This document shows, in pieces, positions 13,466 through 26,589 of a DNA stretch of 64,000 bases. The DNA comes from Octopus sinensis (Eukaryota). Every line of letters starts with the position of its first letter. The first letter of the stretch is position 1. Under the pieces are notes generated by a model, which saw only the letters and a program-made list of their open reading frames with translations, searched no databases and was not told where the DNA came from. The DNA is taken from contig NC_043000.1 in NCBI RefSeq assembly GCF_006345805.1, forward strand, positions 50,344,001 through 50,408,000, written 5' to 3'. Made by a program: the position numbers and the translations under genes.

Positions 13466-16400
13466 TCCCCCTCTTCTTTTAGACAAATTGCTAATCAATA
13501 TCTTTGTGAAATCACAATGGAAGCAATAGATCTATAGTCACTAGGTTTGTCATGTCCATTATGAAACATTGAAAGTGGAAAGAAAGAAAATAAAGTAGAC
13601 TAAGCCAATCAGTCTAAATATTTATATTATACCATATATAATTGGACAGTCAGCTGTGTGCAGCTGGTATTAAAATAATTGGTTGCATATGAATAGAAAC
13701 AATCCTATCAAGGAAGTCTTCAAAAACAAGATTGGACATACAAATGAAATTATGAGTAAAAGTGTAAGCTGCTGCTGATAATGATTGTGTGTACATGTAT
13801 GTATTTTGGCATGAAATATATGTATATATATTTCAGAAGAGATGAAGCTAGAAGGAACTGTTTATATAGGAGAAAAATGATAGAACAGCAATGCAGAAAA
13901 GAGAGGTGCTTGAACATTAGAAATAATGTGTATATGAGTTAGCATATCATGATCAACACAAATGGTTTAACTTGACTTACATCAAATTGCACTAAGCAGA
14001 GTGAAATGAGAATCTACACTATGGCTATCACTCATGAATGAATATAACTTTGTAGCTTGTACCATGCTTTTGTTAATTGTTTTGAGTGCTCATGTAGTTT
14101 CACACATGGACACTGATACCATCAAGCCTTCTTCCCTTAACCCAACATATCTTCCAGAATGTGATAGCTGGAGAGAGGAGGCATTAACTAGCACTTAGCT
14201 GAAATTCATTCTTCAGCTGACTAGATTAGAACAATGTGAAATGAAGCAACTTCCTTGTCTGGGAATGGAACAAATGACCTTATCATGAGCTCAGCACCAC
14301 AATTATAAGGCCATGTTTCCATGGGAATATTGTGTGTAATAAGAGGAATCAAATATTAATTTGGCATTTCTTCTAATGCTGTCCTCAAGGTACTGCTTGA
14401 AAGTAGAATGTCTTTAGCCTATGATGATAATAATGATTATATGTAACTGAATAAATACTACAAAGAAAACAGTGCTGCACTTCACTAGATATTAAATTTC
14501 TCATTGGATATGTAAACTAGAACAAATTAAATTCTATATTAATCATTCATTGTCTTAATTTTCCAATGTGCATTGATACTGTAAAAGGTGTAATATGGCA
14601 TATTCGAAGGCTTGATGTTATCTAATTGTCTTTGACTTAAGTAAGAATATCAGCAGGTCTTATGCAAAATAAGTTTCTTGGAAATAGGTCATATAAGAGC
14701 CAAATAAATATTTAAATTAATGTTGGAGTATAAATGTGCAAGGAGTTACAGCCTGATATTGGATCTGGATAACTTAGAGGTTACTTGGCACAAAAGTTAC
14801 TGACATAATAGTTGACAAAAGTCATTACTTTCTCTTTGTATTCATGTATTAAACTGTTTTAAAAATTCATAAAGTTTTTTTTTTTTTTGTGAGGGATTGA
14901 TTCAATTGTTTTAGAGCAACCAGAGAAAATCCTGTTGTAACTTTGGATTTACATCACATCTTCAAACGAAAAAATAAAATCTTAATGAAATAGTTAGGGA
15001 ACACTTTGTTAAGCAATCATTGTAATAATAATGTGCTCTATGAAAGAGCTAGTATTGAAGAATAACTTAGTATGTAACTGTACATAATATCTAGATAGAG
15101 ATCATAGATATGATATTGAAAATAAAGCTGGAAAAAAATATTAGTTAGTAAAGTTGTTGGAAGAGAACAATTTATTTTCTATTTCCTATTTTTTGTTGCT
15201 ATACTTAGAAAAACAGCCCTGTGAAATAATTTCAATTTATACAATTATATAATTACCAGGATATATAAAATATTGTTAAAATAATATCATATCAATGCAT
15301 ATAGAAATTCAGACCATTAAAATTGTGTATCAAGAAAAAAATTACCTTGAAAATAATTAAGATCGTGCTAATAATACTAATGGTGATTGGTGCTTCTTGA
15401 CATGTCTTGAAGTACATGTTTTTAAGGTAAAATTTGGTTACTAAGTTACCAATGGTAATTGCTTTCTACCTTAGTTCTTTCAGCCATCACAACTAATAGC
15501 CTACTGAAACACCATGTTTTCTACAATTTTCAAAGCATGTAATGTTTATGTATGACGCATAATGTTATTTAGCTGTGAGTAAAAATTAAGAATGAATATT
15601 CAGTATTTCTCTACGTGGTAGATGTAGCAAAAGAAGTAGATATGATGAACATTGCTAGAAAAGATGATAGATGAGCTTATTTTCCAGGTGAGTCTCCAAC
15701 CGTTTCAAGTAGCCCCTGAATAGAAAGGTATGAATGAAAAGAAAAGTCCTGTTGCTATGTGAATCTGAGTAGCAAGTCAGATTTAATGTGAATGAAAAAT
15801 TCAAGACTCCTATTGTTCTGTTGAGCATGTAAATCAGAACATGATATTTATCATATCAAAAAATCCTCTTTTACTTTACATATGTTAAAATTACAATGCT
15901 ACAAAAGGGATATTAATTATTATATTGTCTTAAAAAATCAAAAGATGGTTAAATTCTATATATATAATATTAATTATCTTCTGAATACTAATTAACGAAT
16001 AATCTCTATCCCCTCTAAATTATAAACATTTTAATCTTTGGAACCCCTTCCATTTACAGTAAGAGTTGATAAAAACTGATTGTTAAACATATGTATATAA
16101 TCAACACATACACAAACGTATACATACCTCCAGATGCATACACACAAATGTATGTATATGAATGTTTTTATATAGACACACACTCAATCACACATATGTA
16201 ATTGGGATTAATAATAAAATGCGTATTCATGTAGTTCTTTCTTTATCAGACAAAGTTCTTAGCTTGAAAAAGGGTGTAATTTACCAGCTGTATGCTGATT
16301 ACTAGATAGAATTCCATCAACAGTTATAAAGGTTTGAAATCTCTGATATGAAATGTTTCATGAAACCTAATGAGGTAATATTTCATGGATGTTATTAGAA

Positions 16401-17042
16401 AATATATATTACAGGGAAAATTTCTTCATCCTTTGTAAAGGGGCTTTTAGTCTGAGATATGCATTTGTTACATTTTGGATAACAGAAATGTAATTGCCAT
16501 CCAACTGTATAACAGCCTTGTTGCTTGTTAATAGTTGTCTAAAAAATAATGTAAATTATTTTTTTTCTTTCTTGCTTTTTTTTAAACTGAGCTCATATCT
16601 TTCTTTTCTTTTTCAAGTATTTTTGTTTCTTTTACTTCTACAGAAAAATATGTTAGAATACATGCACATGCATGTAGGCGCACACACACACACACACAAT
16701 CATACATGTATACCTATGTATGCATGCATATTGCAAAAGCAATCTCAGATCTCGTGGTACAATATGTTCATGTCTTAAATAGCAGGAACCCTTTTTACCA
16801 AAGCAGCATGTTCCTGACAAGTAAAAGCAAGATTTTTTTTATTGTAGTGTGAGATTGTTGCAGCAAAGTGTTACTTCATTTACTTACTGGTACAGATCCT
16901 TTTATATGTATCATCATCCCCCTTTAATATGCTGGCATAGGTTGGACTACATATATATGTATATATATATATGTATATATATATATGTATATATATATAT
17001 ATGTATATATATATGTATGTATATATATATGTATATATATAT

Positions 17043-17177
17043 ATCATCATCATCGTTTAACATCCGCTTTCCATGCTAGCATGGGTTGGACGGTTCAACT
17101 GGGGTCTGGCAAGCCCGAAGGCTGCACCAGGCCAGTCAGATCTGGCAGTGTTTCTACAGCTGGATGCCCTTCCTAAT
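17043..17177 (-). mobile_element. 3' fragment of SINE family B between (TA)n arrays
   Basis: catcatcatcgtttaacatccgctttccatgctagcatgggttggacggttc...gatgcccttcctaa, nearly identical to 6712-6846. Confidence 0.85.
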
Positions 17178-17272
17178 ATATGTATATATATATATATATG
17201 TATATATGTATATATATATGTGTATATATATATATATGCATATATACATGTATATATATATATGCTTGTATA

Positions 17273-17430
17273 TATTTGTGTCAGTCACTTGACTGCAGCC
17301 ATGCTGGAACACCACTTTTAGCCGAGCAAACCGACCCCAGGACTTATTCTTTGTAAGCCTAGCACTTATTCTATCGGTCTTATTTCAGTTTCCATCTACC
17401 AAATCCACTCACAAAACTTTGCTCGGCTTT
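17273..17430 (-). mobile_element. Partial SINE family A with internal deletion
   Basis: tcagtcacttgactgcagccatgctggaacacc...gaccccaggacttattctttgtaag joined to ttcagtttccatctaccaaatccactcac. Confidence 0.8.
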
Positions 17431-18930
17431 TCACAAATGATGATGTACATGAGTGTTGTACATGTTTTTTTTAATGAATAATGTTTGAATAATACTGCCT
17501 ATGATTTCCACATCTAGTGTATATGATCTAGTATACAAAGTAAATTGGCAGGCAGTTTTCTGTAGTGAAAGTCCTGAGAGTCCTGAGTGAATTTGATGTA
17601 TTATTATAAGCATCACTACTATTAGGTTTGCAGACACTGTTGATTGCACTTTTATTAAAGTGTGGTAACTTCAGAAACAATTCCTGGTTGAGTTCTGGTT
17701 TGGGGGTTTATTGTTCTAAAGGTGACTAATAACAGATGCTTGGTGTCTATTGACTTTCAACACTTGTATTTAAAGAGAGGCTTAGATGTCATTCATAAGA
17801 GAGTATGACCTGATGGCTTGTGCTAGTTGTTTTGGGTCCTCATATAGTCATAAGCATGCACTCTCTTGATCCTTACACCCTTGACCCAGCTGATGTAACA
17901 GTTAGTAGAAGAGAAAGTTTAACTCGTATTTGATTGCTTTGCATTTTTAGCTGAGTAGACTGGTGCATAATGCCTGATCATTACACACAACCTTATTATC
18001 ATATGGCCAACATCCTAATCATATGCATGCACACACATCTATCTAGCGGTGTGCATGTGTGTGCACGTTTGTGTTGTGCATATATATAAAATGTTCACTT
18101 CAAGACAAAACTTCCTGCTACATTTCTCTCTATCTAAAAATTTGTCCAAAGATAACAGAACATTTGTTTTTTTCCATTTCAAACAATTTCAATCTCTCTA
18201 ATCTTTAAATTTACTTTTTGTTTAAACATCCTATCTCTCATAGATGATCAAAACAAAACATTTCAACTACTGCACTGCTCCATCTAATATTTTTCAATCC
18301 ATTCTGTCAAAAAATATTGATGTCGCACTTGTCACATGCAAACATCTATGAGAACATAGTAGTTGCTCTTGAAAGCATTAAAGCTTTTGAATGCAAGAGA
18401 ATCTTTTAATAGAGCTGATACATTTTCACTGACCGAGTTTATATAATTCTTTTCGACTCCACTCGATCAACCTGGATATATGTCAAGATTAATTAATCTT
18501 AGCCTTTCTTGTGATCTTTCTTTCAATAAATGTCTGAGCGCATGTCTGTGTTAATGACAAATTCTATTATTATTTCTTTATTTTTCACACATTGACTTAT
18601 ATCTATATACTACCTCAACATTTCCTCTTATCTTGTTCAAAAAAAAAAAGCATAGATACAACTATGAATTTGGATTGCTATTTGTTGTGATCTAGAGTGA
18701 TTCAGAGAAATAAGTTAGTGATTTGACTTTCATATGCAATCATTACAGTGTATCTTGATGACAGTTCTTGACTTATCAGAAGATACTTCATGTTGTTGGA
18801 CACTTTGTTGTTGACAGTGGGCCTATAATGCCTGAGCATTATAGACCCCTGGGCAAATGCACTGGGTCCCATAGTATTTTCTAATTGTTAGCAAGCCACA
18901 GTGTACACAGATCAGAATTAGGCCCCTAGG

Positions 18931-19033
18931 CCATCTTAAGGCATGATTACCCTGGGCCATTGCCTCATGGATCTAGGAACCCAATTCATATCTATGAGGC
19001 TCCTGGGCCCAGTGTAATCATGCCTTAAGATGG
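18931..19033. repeat. 103-nt palindromic element (MITE-like hairpin)
   Basis: 18931-18958 vs 19006-19033 inverted at 27/28; inner 18962-18972 vs 18990-19000 at 10/11. Confidence 0.85.
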
Positions 19034-20136
19034 TACTGTTTGTCTGTGAAATAGACAAGTCAAGGAACTACTGGTACAAATTTCATTTCTGTCACATCTC
19101 TCCTTTAGTAATATTATTTAGTTTTGAAATAAAATAGTCACTTTTTCAGTGACATTAACAAATGAAGCTACTATAGTTGTAGATAGAATATCATAACTAG
19201 ATAATTGAAACAATATTATTGGAACTGGACAGCTATTTATTAACTGAATATTAACTAGTCATATCCAATTTTTGTATTTGTTTACATTTGGTGGGTAAAC
19301 TTAATCGTTATAATAAATCAAAAAGCACTGATGCCCTGATGGCATATATGAAAATATGCTAATGAACTGAAATTTCCATATTGACTTGAGTTAAAAAACA
19401 ATAGCCTCACAAGTCTCTTTGGTGGTTCCCAGAAAAAAAGTTGAGATAAGTTTCAGAAATAGAGATTTAATTAAAAAAAAATTTTATTCTAATGCTTCAG
19501 GGAAAATCTGATATTTGTTTATACCAGATATGTTTCTGTATTATCACACCTTGTCATTATTGCAATGTTGACATCAGATTGTAATATATTGGTATTTGGT
19601 TCAATTATTCTGGCATTATAAACACAGCTTTAAGGCTTTATTTTATAGCTCTAAACTACTTATCAATAAAGTTGAATTTTAGGTAGGAGTTTAGTAATGT
19701 ATTTAAAAAAAAAATTATTTACTATAATTTTATTTCTGTTGTTTTAGTTAAATGAAATTTATTCTTATCAAATAAATCATGATGATAAGTAAAGCCATGA
19801 TGTGTAATATATCATTTTTATTGTCAAAGTGTTTTGGCAGCTATTTATTGCTTGGTCTTTAGACAGATTAACAAATAAGATTGTTATATTTATTCTGGTT
19901 TTAAACATTTAAAGGAAGTTTAATCTAGTTTTATTTTTTTTTGCAATTTACCATAATAAATAAAAAATAAATAACTGCAGATGTTGAATAGTTTGATATT
20001 AATTGTCAGCCATTTATCAGATTCTAGGGCTTTATGCCTCTATATACGGGTTACAGAATCTTAAACAGCCATTTACTACACATTAAAATACCGATTTTAT
20101 GTCACACTGTGCTGAGAATTATATATAAAGGTGTAA

Positions 20137-20470
20137 GCGTGGTTGTGTGGGCAAGAAGTTTGGTATTAAATTCCACTGTGCAGTACCTAGTGTCTTCCTG
20201 GGCTGATCAAAGCCTTGTGAGTGGATTTCATAGGCAGAAACACACACACATTTGTATATTTGTATATATGATGTGTCTGCGTCTCTCTGTATTGCATTTG
20301 TTCCCCACGACCACTTGACAACTGTTGTTGGTTTGTTTACATTGCAAAGAGACCAATAGTATAAGCACACAACTTTTAAAAAGTACTGGAGTTAACTTAT
20401 TTAATTAAACCCTTCAAGGCAGTGCCCCAGCATGGTCACACTCCAATGACTGAAACAAGTAAAAGAAAAA
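20137..20470 (+). mobile_element. SINE family A (degenerate)
   Basis: gtggttgtgtgggcaagaagtttg...aaagccttgtgagtggattt...cagcatggtcacactccaatgactgaaacaagtaaaag. Confidence 0.8.
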
Positions 20471-21349
20471 TAACACTAAAAGGTATATCCTTAAAAAAGC
20501 TCTTGTAATATTTAAATATACAAAACATACTCTTTATTGTCCCTACAAATAAGATTCTTAAAATTGGCTTGAATTTCACTGACTTGTAGCTTTTGATGTG
20601 AAACTATTTGTCTTTTCCCAATAATATTAAGATATAATTCTGGTGTATGGGTAAATGGGTATAAGCAAATGAAAATCATAAAACAAAGTAGAAATTGATT
20701 CCCTTGTTAGCATTCAAGTATTTAACAGTTATGTTAACATTGTGTCTTTAAGTTATAGATTGTAAAACAAGAGCTTTAGTGTGGTCTACATCGTTGTCAA
20801 ATAGTCTTGTTATAATTTTTATCAAATAGATTGTACATATTGGAGATTATTTTAGCTACAACTGCTCAGTCAAGTAATAAATGTTTTATTTGAAATAAAT
20901 ATCTTTATTTGTTGCATTAACTTAGAAATGTCAAATTAGTTTGAATTCCACATTAATTTATTTCTGATGTATGATACTATAAAGTATTCAGACAATGTCT
21001 TAAGTTTATTAATTTCTGTTACAGCATAATATTAGATGTTGTACAAAGCTGCTTCTGATAAAATACCAACATTTTTATGGTTGTAAGATGTGAGTCAATC
21101 AAGAGATTTGGCTGTCAGTTTTTTTGTAGGAGTTATATGACAAACACAAGACACTGTGTTCATTTCTGCTTATTCGAGTTATTCAGCCAATGATTGAAAT
21201 ACAGAATTTGTAGGTATTTATGCAAAACTAATTTTAGAAAGAGGGTTGAGTTACTGGTTGGAGTAGGATTCACACATATGAGAGGATATTGGTAAATATT
21301 TTGTATTCAGATCATACATGGTGCATTCAATTTCGAAATGTCTTTATAT

Positions 21350-21620
21350 ATGTCAGAGAAGAAAAGAAAGAGGGGAAAGAATAGTGAAGCTGAATAGAAA
21401 TAGAAAAGACTGAGGAAGGGAAAAAAGTTTAGAAGGAGAGAAAATAGTTCAAGTAGAATGAAAAGGATAAAGAAATGTAAAAGAAATGAGAGATGAAAAA
21501 CGAGTAAAATTAAAAGAAGAAATTGAAAAAATAATTAAAAATGAATGGAAAAAGAAAGAAAGAAAGAAATGAAGAAAAATAAGGAGTTAGAATTAAGAGA
21601 GGGATGAGGGGAAGTTGAAA
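21350..21620. repeat. Purine (GA/AAAG)-rich tract
   Basis: About 270 bp almost entirely A/G. Confidence 0.75.
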
Positions 21621-21833
21621 GTAATTTAGTAGTGTAAGTTTGAATCAGAACAAGGGAGGTCAATTAAAGTCTAGCCTGAAGTATTTAATGATAATTTTAA
21701 AAAGAGCATTAAATAGCTATGTAATAATGGAATGGGCAAATCGTTTTATGTGTGTGTTTGTTTCTGTGTTAATTACTTTTAAAGGTGTGTATTTGTGTGT
21801 GCGTGTGGCTGTGTGTATATATGTGACTATATA

Positions 21834-21886
<53 letters not shown>

Positions 21887-21898
21887 TATATATATACA

Positions 21899-22268
21899 TC
21901 ATTAAATATGACAGAGGGTATTAGAACACTTATGCTGCTAAAAATAAGAGTTAAATGGCTCTGTTGCTGCTGTTAATGCACATATAATTGTATCCATACA
22001 TGCCAGCAGTGACCATAGATGGTTGGAAACTGGTGACTATAATATCTCTTTACTGTACAGTTCCAGCTTTAGACTCTGCTGATGATACATCAGTCTAAAA
22101 CTGAAATTGTATGGTAAAGAGATATCACAGTTGCCAGTTTCCGGCCATCTATGGTCACTGCTGGCATGTATGTATACACTCATACGTGCATTGACAGCAG
22201 CAACAGAGCCACTTAGCTCTTATTTCTAGCAGTGTAGGTGTTCTAACACCTTCAGTCATATCTAATGA
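21899..22268. repeat. 370-bp palindrome (foldback element)
   Basis: Arms 21899-22075 and 22092-22268 align without indels, 151/177 identical. Confidence 0.95.
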
Positions 22269-22300
22269 CATTGGCAAAACTCTACTAACTAGCTACATCA

Positions 22301-22340
<40 letters not shown>

Positions 22341-22633
22341 CATACATACATACACGCTCATCTTATACATATAAGCACATACATACAATTACATATTTGT
22401 ATAAACTAGTAGTAGGTCTTATTTAAGGCATGGCACATTGAACACTTAACTATAATTTATTAAAAAAACATTTTGTCATGATTTTCTTTTTGTAATTGAG
22501 AAAATTATATTTCTTTTATATTTATGCACTAATTGTCCAGAGTATCTATCTACCTTATTGTTTGAACTGTTTATCACAATTCAAGTTTCTTTTGTTTTTT
22601 TTTATGGTTTAGTCAGGAGTATTGGGACAGGAT

Positions 22634-23054
22634 ACTCTTTTCTCTCTTTTACTCTTTTACTTGTTTCAGTCATGTGACTGTGGCCATGCTGAAACACCAC
22701 CTTTAGTCAAGCAAATCGACCCCGGGACTTATTCTTTGTAAGTCTAGTACTTATTCTATCGGTGACTTTTGCTGAATCGCTAAGTTATGGGGACGTAAAC
22801 ACACCAGCATCGGTTATCAAGCAATGTTGGGGGCACAAACACAGACACACAAACACATACAAACACATACATATATATATATACATATATACGACAGGCT
22901 TCTTTCAGTTTCCGTCTACCAAATCCACTCACAAGGCTTTCGTCAGCCCGAGGCTATAGTAGAAGACACTTGCCCAAGGTGCCATGCAGTGGGACTGAAC
23001 CCGGAACCATGTGGTTCATAAGCAACCTACTTACAACATGGCCACTCCTCCGCC
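22634..23054 (-). mobile_element. Near full-length SINE family A
   Basis: Tail ctcttttactcttttac; internal (CA/TA)n; tRNA-like head ending gccactcctccgcc; reverse complement of 27959-28360 and 32735-33156. Confidence 0.9.
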
Positions 23055-23319
23055 TATATGCATATTTCTGGATTTATGGTCATTGGTTCTAACTGGAATA
23101 CATGATATATCTTGTCCGTTGTAAGATTAAATTTCTTGAGTTTTATAGCTGTTGCTATTATAAATTCATTTCTTCTAAGTTCTGTATGTTCTATATGTAT
23201 TAAGAACTTTATTGTTTTTCTTTTAAATTAACTTAACTTCCAAATTTTTTACTGCATTTCATATTAGTGAATAATATTTCTGGTATAAAGAATGGAATAT
23301 CATACTGTATGATATTTCT

Positions 23320-23775
23320 TCAATTTGATTTTTGTGCCTCTACTCACTTATGGTCATGAAATTTAGGTAATGACTGAAAGGGTATGATTGCAAATACAAG
23401 AGGCCAAAATTGGGTTCCTCCAGACAGTCTCAATGGGTTGTGTATCTTGCAGATCAAGTAGTCTCTCCAAGTGAAGCCACTATTTCTCTGCATTGATAGG
23501 TCACAGCTCTGATATTACTGACATATGATTAGAATGTCTTAGGAAAGAATTGCAATGTGGATCCTTCAAGTCAAATAGACTGGCAAGAAACCTTGTAGTA
23601 GACCAGGAATGCAATAGTCGGCTAATATTCATAGTCCCAGTTGGTCATGCTTGGGAATCCAGCTGAAAAGTCTAATGATAATTGCTACTGATAGGATCAT
23701 ATTGAGGAGATGCCTAAAGACTCTACCCTCATGACTCTCCCGGGAATAATGGGTAAAGAAGAGCAATGGATGGAT
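23320..23775 (+). mobile_element. 3' end of an RTE-clade (Expander-like) LINE, decayed
   Basis: Hand translation FVPLLTYGHEI*VMTERV*LQIQEAKIGFLQ...LQVKPLFLCIDRSQL*...MIRMS...TGKKPCSRPG...WSCLGI resembles the RTE ORF C-terminus (TYGHE-W-MTER, RSQLRW-GH--RM, G-RP-GRP); ends in an atggatggat tail. Confidence 0.85.
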
Positions 23776-23789
23776 TACATTCTTCTATT

Positions 23790-25710
23790 GTTTTCATTAT
23801 TTAGTATTCATAGAGCACCATCAGTAGAAGTTGCATAAGAATTATTCTCCATTCTACATGAGATGCTATTAAGAGTTATCTTACTATTTGTCACACTGGA
23901 CACATTGAATATATTAGTTCTATAATTAACAATAGTATGTCTGTCAGCTAAATTACTTTTTAAATTCTTAGTACTCTTCTGAATATTGTTCCTAGTAACT
24001 GGATAGTTTACATTTATACTTAAGCTCATTAGTATCTTCACATTTATACCTAAGGTCATTAGTAACAGTCATGCTACTTATAAGTGAACTATCAGTATTA
24101 TTACTCTTATCATTATATAATTATGTGCTTTCATGTCACGGTAAATTGTTATTGAAATTATTATCAAGTTGGCTAGCTATTATGGTTGGAAGTTTTGAAC
24201 TATAGAAATTATCCATAGTTACAGAGGAATTAACATTGTTTTCTCTCCTACAACTCTCAGAGTTTACCTCAGAAGTTATATTAGTATTAGTAGGTGCACT
24301 TATTTGATTAAATAGAAGCTTTAGTTTTGTGATAGACATATATTTTATGTTCTTTTCATACCCACTTCTTGTCAAGGCTTCATTATACTAGGAAGTATTG
24401 TCATTAAAAACTCTTTCATTAGGTGAGAGATTTTGAATTTTGATTGATATATTTATAACATGACTATTAATTACACTTTTAGGATGGTTAGAGTTTTTAT
24501 TTATATGCTATAAGGTCTCATTAGTGAAATAGGGTATAAGAGACCAGAATTTAGAGCTACATCAAGGAAATTAACAACTTTTATATTCTTATGAGAAATG
24601 AGATGATATAATTCCTAAGGAACTTAAAGAGGGATTTTCTAAGTAGTTCTAAATCAAATGAAGAGTAATTAATGGTTGTGAAAAGAGAGTCTTATGGTAT
24701 GACCCACCACCTTAATCCAGGAAAGTTTTGTCTAGTTCATTTAAGAGGAATAATCCCAACAAATCTGTTACCTGTGATGAATTGGAGGAAGCTGTCGTAA
24801 TATCAGAATTATCTTGTCTATATTTTCTAGTCCAGTAATGATCCTAGAATAAGACCAGTTTCTAGTTGCTAAAAGTTATCTCTATATCTGTTAAAGTAGA
24901 AGTTTTAGTAGTGAAAATATACTTCTTTTTAAGAAGTGTAGGAAGTATAAAATAATAATAGCTATCAATGTCAAATTGCAAGAAAGTAGTTTTGGATTTA
25001 TTTTGTAATCTAACAAACCATTCTATGACGTAACTTCAATTATCCCACTGAAATAATTTTATATAGCCTTTCAGTGTTGGTGTTATATTCTCTAAGATCA
25101 TCTTACTGATACAATCTATATATGACTGAGAGGGGCTAAAAACCTAATAGATGCATTTTGTAATAAGTTTTGTTTATGATCCTTAACCTTGTCATGCCAA
25201 TGGTGTCCCTCAAAGCTGTTGTTTACTTTTGTTTTAATTAAGAAAATTATGAATTCTTTTTTTTTTACAATGGAATGAGCATATAACAAACCCAGCACTT
25301 TGTCTAGTAAATGAGCAAGGCCTAGACCCTTTACTGTTGAGGAAATTATTGATGATATTCTTTGGATGAAGAGTTTACACTTACACAGAAAATGAGAGTG
25401 ATACAGACACTCAAACTGATTAAAGAGATGAGCAAAGTGGCAATTTAGGCAAACAAATATGGTAGTTGAGAGATAGGCCCATTATTGTTATTCTCCTGAA
25501 TTTTTTGTGATTCTCTCTATTAGTTTGTCTGCAGTCATTACACTTAAGCTGCATATGGAACTATTTATTTTTTTTTTTGCTCAGGAGCCCAGGTGGAGAG
25601 TAAAGTTAGACACAGTGTCCCAGGTCTGAGAGGGTTAATATCGAAACTGAATGTTATAGGTATAAAGGATTCTGCTTCATTGGCTAAATTAAGTTTGATA
25701 ATTAATTGAT
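23790..25710 (-). mobile_element. Penelope-like element: decayed reverse transcriptase plus N/S/T-rich linker, split by a TTAA insertion
   Basis: Hand translation: KLNLANEAESF...FDIKDHKQN (across the insertion), CISKMILENI...QW..VIEWFVRLQNKSKTTFLQFDIDSYY, VTDLLGLFLLNEL, a frameshifted Y(R)DD region, KVVNFLDV, INKNSNHP, YNEALTRSGY. These match Penelope-type RT motifs. Confidence 0.85.
25183..25638 (+). mobile_element. Non-autonomous piggyBac-like element (448 bp) with TTAA duplication
   Basis: TTAA at 25183-25186 and 25635-25638; right end ctgagagggTTAA, left end TTAAccttgtc (degenerate TIR); acidic remnant PFTVEEIIDDIL; removal restores the host RT frame. Confidence 0.7.
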
Positions 25711-25879
25711 AACCAAAAAGATACAAAAAGTAGGATTATATAATACATAAATTCATATACAGATATCAACATACAATTTACATGTATATGTGCACATACA
25801 TAAGCACCCAAACACACATAGCTACATATAAACATATACAAATTGAAATGAGAAAAAATACATTATTATCATTTGATAA

Positions 25880-26585
25880 ATCAAATAGTTAAATATATCA
25901 CTATCTAGTGATAATAATATTAATGTTAATTATAGAAGCAAATGTACAAATAATACTTTTGGTGTCTCCAAAAATTTACAGGTACTTCATTTATAACAAA
26001 AGCATAGCAATAATGACAAAAAATTTGAATGTAACTGTGGAGTAACAGATTATTGCCCACCAAATTGTAATTCAAATAGTGTAGTATATAAACGTATTGT
26101 ACAAACTCAGAAATGATGTATTCTGTATGTTCAAATACAAATTTAAAAGGAAAAAGATTTTATTCGCTCTGGAGATAGTAAAAATGACTGCACCATATTA
26201 GTAAAGAGAAAGAATGTAATTGTTATCTACTGCAGATATTATTCTTTAAATATTTTAGAAGTTATTCTATACAAAGCAAACAGAACCTAATATTAAAAGA
26301 AAATCTAATAATAGAATAATAGTAATAATTATCAGAAATAAAAATTGCACAAAAGTGCAATTAAATACATCAACAGATGATAAATTACATATCATATATT
26401 TTATTTTGATTTATCTATGTATTATTTATTTATTTATCGTTGGTTTAACATTTGATTTGTTTTAAAATTATTTTGATTTTTTTAAATTTCATTTTATACT
26501 CTTAGTGGTCTTTAATTATAGTTTTTCCTTTCTGTGTCTTTTCTTTCTCACTTTTATTACCTGAGTTTAATTTAAACTTTGAAGT
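25880..26585 (+). mobile_element. Penelope-like GIY-YIG endonuclease region (internally deleted) plus 3' UTR, unit 1
   Basis: FECNCGVTDYCPPNCNSNSVVYKRIV at ~26024-26101 fits the CNC-x-CP-x-C-x4-VVY motif preceding PLE GIY-YIG domains; ILVKRKNVIVIYCR follows in the same frame; the AT-rich tail is repeated in unit 2. Confidence 0.7.
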
Positions 26586-26589
26586 AAAA

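Noticed and set aside
16849-17321. Cluster of overlapping ORFs (also near 6679-7174, 35000-35320, 50241-50522, 56373-56690)
   Set aside because: Produced by (TA)n/(CA)n microsatellites and SINE sequence lacking stop codons.
22079-22106. Hammerhead ribozyme (ctgatga...gaaa) at the palindrome centre
   Set aside because: The sequence after CTGATGA cannot form stem II adjacent to the core, and no GUH with stem III was found.
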